Positions 59,404-64,000 of a stretch of 64,000 nt of DNA are shown in pieces. The notes beneath the pieces were generated by a model. The model searched no databases. It was given only the letters and a program-made list of their open reading frames with translations, and had not been told where the DNA came from. Location of the stretch: assembly GCA_038231275.1 (NCBI GenBank), contig JBBRLQ010000036.1:8301-72300 (forward strand), given 5' to 3'. This DNA is from Polyangiales bacterium (GTDB lineage: Bacteria > Myxococcota_A > Polyangia > Polyangiales > Polyangiaceae). Made by a program: the position numbers and the translations under genes. Every line of letters begins with the position of its first letter. Position 1 is the stretch's first letter.

Positions 59404-60138
59404 TCAGCCGGCCGCCGTACGACCCCGGACGTCCTCGGACCCCTCTGCCGACGCCGTTGCCGGGAGCCAAATCGTGACTCTTGTTCCGCTGTTACGCGTC
59501 GATTCGAAGCGCACGAGCCCCTGATGCTCGAGAAACACCTCGGCAGCGAGGGCAACGCCTACACCGGCCCCGCTCTTTCGAAACGAGCGGCGAACGCCTC
59601 CGAGCTGGCGAAGCACGTCGGCCGGCATGCCGGACCCGGTGTCTTGGATGCTCCAGAGCTGATCGCCGTCCTCGGTGGTGCACGTGTCGATGAGCACCGC
59701 GCCCCCGGGCGGCGTCGCTTCGATCGCGTTCGCCAGGACATTGAACAGCGCCTCGCGGAGCGGCGCCTCCTGACCGTGGAAAAACCCGTCGTCGCAGTTG
59801 ACGAGGAGCGCCACGTGCGCGGCTTCGGCGCGGTCGTAGAGCGTCTCGGTGACGGCGTGCATGAGCGCTCGCACCGAGAGTCGTGCTCGCGCGCCGCCCG
59901 TCGTGGGGCCTAGCGCGAGATCCTCCTCGATGAGGGCGGTCATGCGAGCGACCGCGGCGTCGAGTCGCGCGAGGCGCTCGGCCCCGCGCTCCGAGAGCTC
60001 GGGCCTCACGAGATGCGAAATGGCGCGCACCACCGACACGCAATTTTTGAGGGCGTGGGCGCGCGCAGCCCGCTCCGGCACCTCCGCCGGCGCCATCACC
60101 GTTCTTCCCAGCTCTCCTGCGTCGATTTCTTTTTCCAT
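59404..60138 (-). CDS. Sensor-less cytoplasmic histidine kinase
   Basis: AHALKN, NVLANAIEA, DTGSGM, GAGVGV; no TM. Confidence 0.8.
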   Translation of the reverse strand: MEKEIDAGELGRTVMAPAEVPERAARAHALKNCVSVVRAISHLVRPELSERGAERLARLDAAVARMTALIEEDLALGPTTGGARARLSVRALMHAVTETLYDRAEAAHVALLVNCDDGFFHGQEAPLREALFNVLANAIEATPPGGAVLIDTCTTEDGDQLWSIQDTGSGMPADVLRQLGGVRRSFRKSGAGVGVALAAEVFLEHQGLVRFESTRNSGTRVTIWLPATASAEGSEDVRGRTAAG

Positions 60139-60357
60139 CGATCCTCTGCGCATCAATCCCAGTGCGCGCTGCGCGACAAAACGATCAGGCGCCACGAACG
60201 TTCCTCACGTCGCGCGGCTTTACAAAAACTTTCAGACGACGTGTGACCCCTCCCGGCGCCGTCCTCTCTCCAGTACCGCGACGATGCAGGTCGTGGAACC
60301 TCGGAGTGACACCGGGGAGCGAAAAATCGAGAGGTCATCCGCTGCGGCACCGAATGA

Positions 60358-60600
60358 GGCCGCCGCAAAAGCAGCGGCGCGGGTGCGGCGGAGTTCGCGG
60401 GTGCCGAAGCGATCGGCGAATACGATGACCGCGCACCTCCGCGCGCGCCGCCCGCGTTCGCGCGACCTTCGGATCTGGCTGCGCGCGCCAACGTGGTCCT
60501 GATCCAGCTGGACGCGCTCCGCCCCGACCATGTCGGTTTCGCAGGGTACCGGCGAAAGACGACGCCGCACTTGGAGACGTTCCGCGCCGGAGCCCTGCAC
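60358..60600 (+). pseudogene. Sulfatase/LtaS-like N-terminal gene remnant
   Basis: NVVLIQLDALRPDHVGFAGYRRKTTPHLETF; similarity is lost afterwards and the frame stops at 60702. Confidence 0.65.
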
Positions 60601-60803
60601 TGCCGGAGGTCCGAGCCCGCCTGCTGGACGCGCTCGAAGCCCACGACGCGCGCGGCGGGGTCTATTGACGGCCGCCGGACGCTGGCGCCCCCCGTCGAGT
60701 AGGCGGCGCCGGCGACCTTTCCCGGTCGGCCGCCGACCGTTCGCGACGGTTCGGCGGGATTTGCGGCACGGGCGTCGTCATGGTACCCGGGCGAGGAAAT
60801 CGG

Positions 60804-61604
60804 ATGCCTTTCGTCGAAGCTCGAAATCTCCCCTCCCACGTCGGGATCATCATGGACGGGAACGGCCGCTGGGCGCAGAAGCGCGGCTTCGCTCGGCAAG
60901 AGGGGCACCGCGAAGGATCCCAGGCCGTGCGCCGGACCGTCCGCGCGGCGCGTCGCCTCGGCGTCCGCGCGCTGACGCTCTACGCCTTCAGCGAGCAGAA
61001 CTGGGCGCGCCCTGGCGACGAGGTCGACGCGCTGATGGAGCTCTTGCGCGAGTTCCTCGTGTCGGAGCACGACGAGATCCTCTTCAACGGCATTCGCTTG
61101 AACGCCGTCGGCAACGTGTCGCGCCTCCCGAGCGAGGTTCGCAGCGTCCTCGATCCGCTCCGCGAGGAGAGCCTCGGCAACGACGAGATGACGCTCACCC
61201 TCGCCTTGTCGTACGGCGGCCGCGAAGAGATCGCGGACGCCGCGCAGGCCCTCGCGCGCGAGGTCGCCGCCGGCCGCATGCGCCCCGAAGACGTGACGGT
61301 CGAAGCGCTCCACGCCCGCATCCCGAGCGTCGCGCTCGTCGGCGATCCGGATCTCATCATCCGCACCGGCGGCGAGCGGCGCATCTCGAATTTTCTCCTC
61401 TTCGGTTCGGCGTACGCGGAGCTCTACTTCACCGACGCGCTGTGGCCCGACTTCGGCGCCGACCAGCTCTACGCCGCGATCGCCAGCTTCCAGGCGCGCG
61501 AGCGTCGCTTCGGCCTCGTCGGAAAACCCGCCGAGCTCGAGCTGGCGCCGCTCCCGCTCGACGTCCCCAAGGAAGGGGCGAAGGTCATCCGGCTCGCGAT
61601 CTGA
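60804..61604 (+). CDS. uppS: Undecaprenyl diphosphate synthase
   Basis: HVGIIMDGNGRWA, YAFSEQNW.RP, SYGGR, RTGGE.RISNFL, RRFG. Confidence 0.96.
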   Translation: MPFVEARNLPSHVGIIMDGNGRWAQKRGFARQEGHREGSQAVRRTVRAARRLGVRALTLYAFSEQNWARPGDEVDALMELLREFLVSEHDEILFNGIRLNAVGNVSRLPSEVRSVLDPLREESLGNDEMTLTLALSYGGREEIADAAQALAREVAAGRMRPEDVTVEALHARIPSVALVGDPDLIIRTGGERRISNFLLFGSAYAELYFTDALWPDFGADQLYAAIASFQARERRFGLVGKPAELELAPLPLDVPKEGAKVIRLAI

Positions 61605-61625
61605 CGTGCTAGGTAGGGCTCTCCG

Positions 61626-62453
61626 GTGTCGTCGACGAAAGCCCCCTCCAACCTCGCGATCCGTGTCGCCACGGCGCTCGTCGCCGTCCCGCTGATCCTG
61701 CTGCTTCTCTACCGCGGGCCGGCATGGGGTTTCTTCGTGCTCGTCTTCGCCGCCGCGCTCATCGGCGCGACCGAGCTCTTCGCGATGACGCATCCGAAGG
61801 AGCCGAGCGCGCGGCTGGTCGGCGTCGCGCTGTCGGCGACGACGTCGGTGGCGCTTTATGCGGGCAGCGGCGATCCGCGCGTCGTGGCGACGATCCTCGT
61901 CACGGTGCCGCTCCTCGGGCCGCTCCTCACGCTGACCGCGCTCGGCGACATGTCGACGGCAGCGTTTCGTGGCTTCGCGATGGCGATGGGCCCGCTCTTC
62001 GTCGCCGTGCCGCTCACGCTCGTCGCGATCGTGCGGCGCGACGTGCCGGACGGCGCGGGCTACGTCGTCATGATGCTCATGTTCGCGTGGTTCGCGGACA
62101 CCGGCGGTTACTTCGCGGGACGCTTCCTGGGAAAGCGAAAGCTGTACGAGGCGGTCAGCCCGAAGAAGACGGTGGAGGGAGCGCTCGGCGGGCTCGGCGG
62201 CTCCGTCTTCGGCGGCCTGATGGCGCACTTCATCTACTTGCCATCGATCCCGCTCGCGCACGTCATCCCGCTCGCCATCGTCGCGAGCGCCTTCGGTCAA
62301 GCCGGCGATCTGGCGGAGTCGCTGGTGAAACGGTCGACCGGCGTGAAGGACTCCGGGCAAATCGTCCCGGGCCACGGCGGCATCCTCGATCGCGTCGACG
62401 CGCTCCTCTTCGTGAGCGTCGTCGTCTACCTGTACACGCTCTGGCTACGCTGA
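61626..62453 (+). CDS. cdsA: Phosphatidate cytidylyltransferase
   Basis: SPKKTVEG, GDLAESLVKR..GVKDSG..PGHGGILDRVD. Confidence 0.96.
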   Translation: MSSTKAPSNLAIRVATALVAVPLILLLLYRGPAWGFFVLVFAAALIGATELFAMTHPKEPSARLVGVALSATTSVALYAGSGDPRVVATILVTVPLLGPLLTLTALGDMSTAAFRGFAMAMGPLFVAVPLTLVAIVRRDVPDGAGYVVMMLMFAWFADTGGYFAGRFLGKRKLYEAVSPKKTVEGALGGLGGSVFGGLMAHFIYLPSIPLAHVIPLAIVASAFGQAGDLAESLVKRSTGVKDSGQIVPGHGGILDRVDALLFVSVVVYLYTLWLR

Positions 62454-62550
62454 ATTTCTTACGCGTTGCGTCGTAGCGTACGCGCCAATTCGCGGGTACC
62501 CATGTCCGCGACAACGCGCTAGCTTCACGCAGCCAAGGAGCCAAAAAAAC

Positions 62551-63867
62551 GTGACCTCGAGCAGCCACATCCCCACCGCCCCGTCGTCCCGAAGCACCCT
62601 CAACCCGCTCAAGGAGTACGACTTCTTCAAGGTCGTTCAGGACTACCTCGAGAAGGCGTCGAAGGTCATCGCGATCGAGCCGTTCGTCTCCACGATCCTG
62701 AGCCAGCCGAAGAACGAGATCATCGTCAACTTCCCGGTTCGGATGGACAGCGGTGAGGTGCGGCTCTTCAAGGGGTACCGCGTCCAGCACAACAACCTCC
62801 TCGGACCGTTCAAGGGCGGAATGCGCTTCCACCCGACCGTCACGCTCGACGACGTGAAGGCGCTCGCGGCGATGATGACCTGGAAGAGCGCGCTCATGCG
62901 CCTCCCGTTCGGCGGCGGCAAGGGCGGCATCAAGTTCGACCCGAAGAGCGTCAGCCGCCACGAGCTCCAGAAGATCACGCGCCGCTTCACGCACGCGCTC
63001 GGCTCGAACATCGGCCCCGACTACGACATCCCGGCGCCGGACGTGGGCACCAACGCGCAGACGATGGCGTGGATGATGGACACGTACGCCAACATGGTCG
63101 GCAGCTACCAGAAGCAGGCCGTGAAGGGCGTCGTCACCGGCAAGCCCGTCGCCTCGGGCGGAACGCTCGGCCGCGGCAAAGCCACCGGGCAGGGCATGGT
63201 CTTTTGCGTCATCGAGTGGGCCAAGCAGACCGGCTTCAACCTCGAAGGCTCGACCATGGTCGTGCAGGGGTTCGGGAACGTCGGCTCCAACGCGGCGGTC
63301 ATCCTCTCCAAGCTAGGCGTGTCGACCATCGCGGTCGGCGATCACACTGGCTACATGTTCAACCCCGAGGGGTTCAACGCGCACAAGCTGCAGGACTACG
63401 TCGAGGCCCACGGCTCGATCAACGGCTACCCGGGCGGCAAGGCCATCACGCGCGAGGAGTTCTTCGCGACCAAGTGCGACATCTTCGCGCCCAGCGCGCT
63501 CGAGAACCAGATCGGCGAGGCGGAGGCCAAGGCGCTCAACTGCAAGCTGATCGTCGAGGGCGCCAACGGCCCCACCAACCCCGCCGGCGAGCGCGTGCTC
63601 CTCGAGCGCGGGATCGACGTCCTCCCCGACGTCCTCGCGAACTCGGGCGGCGTCACCGTCAGCTACTACGAGTGGGTGCAGAACAAGCGCTCCGAGAGCT
63701 GGACCGAGGAAGAGGTCGACGCGAAGCTCGAGAAGGCGATGACCCGCGCGTTCCGCGAGGTCAGCGACTTCTCGCGCACCAAGAAGGTCGACATGCGGAT
63801 CGCGGCGTACGCGCTGGCGCTGCAGAGGATCGAGGCGGTGTACAAGGAGCGGGAGATTTTCCCTTGA
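62551..63867 (+). CDS. gdhA: Glutamate dehydrogenase
   Basis: GPFKGGMRF, MTWK, GGGKGG, PAPDVGT, GFGNVG, EGANGP, VTVSYYEW. Confidence 0.93.
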   Translation: MTSSSHIPTAPSSRSTLNPLKEYDFFKVVQDYLEKASKVIAIEPFVSTILSQPKNEIIVNFPVRMDSGEVRLFKGYRVQHNNLLGPFKGGMRFHPTVTLDDVKALAAMMTWKSALMRLPFGGGKGGIKFDPKSVSRHELQKITRRFTHALGSNIGPDYDIPAPDVGTNAQTMAWMMDTYANMVGSYQKQAVKGVVTGKPVASGGTLGRGKATGQGMVFCVIEWAKQTGFNLEGSTMVVQGFGNVGSNAAVILSKLGVSTIAVGDHTGYMFNPEGFNAHKLQDYVEAHGSINGYPGGKAITREEFFATKCDIFAPSALENQIGEAEAKALNCKLIVEGANGPTNPAGERVLLERGIDVLPDVLANSGGVTVSYYEWVQNKRSESWTEEEVDAKLEKAMTRAFREVSDFSRTKKVDMRIAAYALALQRIEAVYKEREIFP

Positions 63868-63871
63868 GATC

Positions 63872-63944
63872 GTCAGGGGGAGTTTGGTGCCCGCTCCGCG
63901 GGCTCAGTCAGGGGGAGCGCCGGACGCTCCCCCCGACCCCCCCC
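63872..63944. repeat. REP-like/terminator-like hairpin element after gdhA
   Basis: GTCAGGGGGAG twice (63872, 63907); stem GTCAGGGGGAGCG-ccgga-CGCTCCCCCCGAC; small GCCCGC-tcc-GCGGGC hairpin. Confidence 0.5.
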
Positions 63945-64000
63945 ACCAGGCTCGGTGTGGATCGTTGTTGCGATGCGGCTCATCGACGGCTTATCGACCG

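Noticed and set aside
60243..60275. Third copy of the ECF promoter motif (GTGACCCC...) on the plus strand
   Set aside because: The -35-like box matches, but the sequence 18 nt later is TCTCCA, not CCACTG

Overview
GC-rich, gene-dense chromosomal window from a myxobacterium. Myxococcota, Polyangiales/Labilithrix-like is inferred from Ser/Thr kinases, FHA and FGE-fold proteins, Cys-rich lipoproteins and GltJ-/TraB-like genes. It holds about 55 CDSs; I saw no rRNA, tRNA, CRISPR array, transposase or prophage. Housekeeping genes include frmA, pmbA, scpAB, trpE, uppS-cdsA, gdhA, a thiolase and WS/DGAT. Signalling content includes an MCP-less cheY-cheA-cheW-cheW-HEAT-cheR-cheB cluster, three Ser/Thr kinases and three histidine kinases. 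The best candidate for an undescribed system is the minus-strand locus at 52.8-59.3 kb. It starts with an ECF sigma, a ZAS-TM-TPR anti-sigma, a putative OM protein and a Cys-rich lipoprotein. These are followed by a Tat Rieske lipoprotein, DUF4266, a DUF3570 barrel and two c-type-heme-motif lipoproteins. The same bipartite motif, CGCGTGAYC-N18-CCACTG, precedes both the sigma gene and the Rieske gene, suggesting an ECF-controlled extracytoplasmic electron-transfer module. Other notable items are a Kal-Kce fusion, a 5'-nucleotidase lacking most metal ligands, a kinase/pseudo-kinase HK pair, a twin-ExbD lipoprotein, an orphan sctT/fliR, apparently widespread leaderless genes, and two single-base frameshifts that are probably sequencing errors. 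All family calls are from motif recognition by eye, not database searches.
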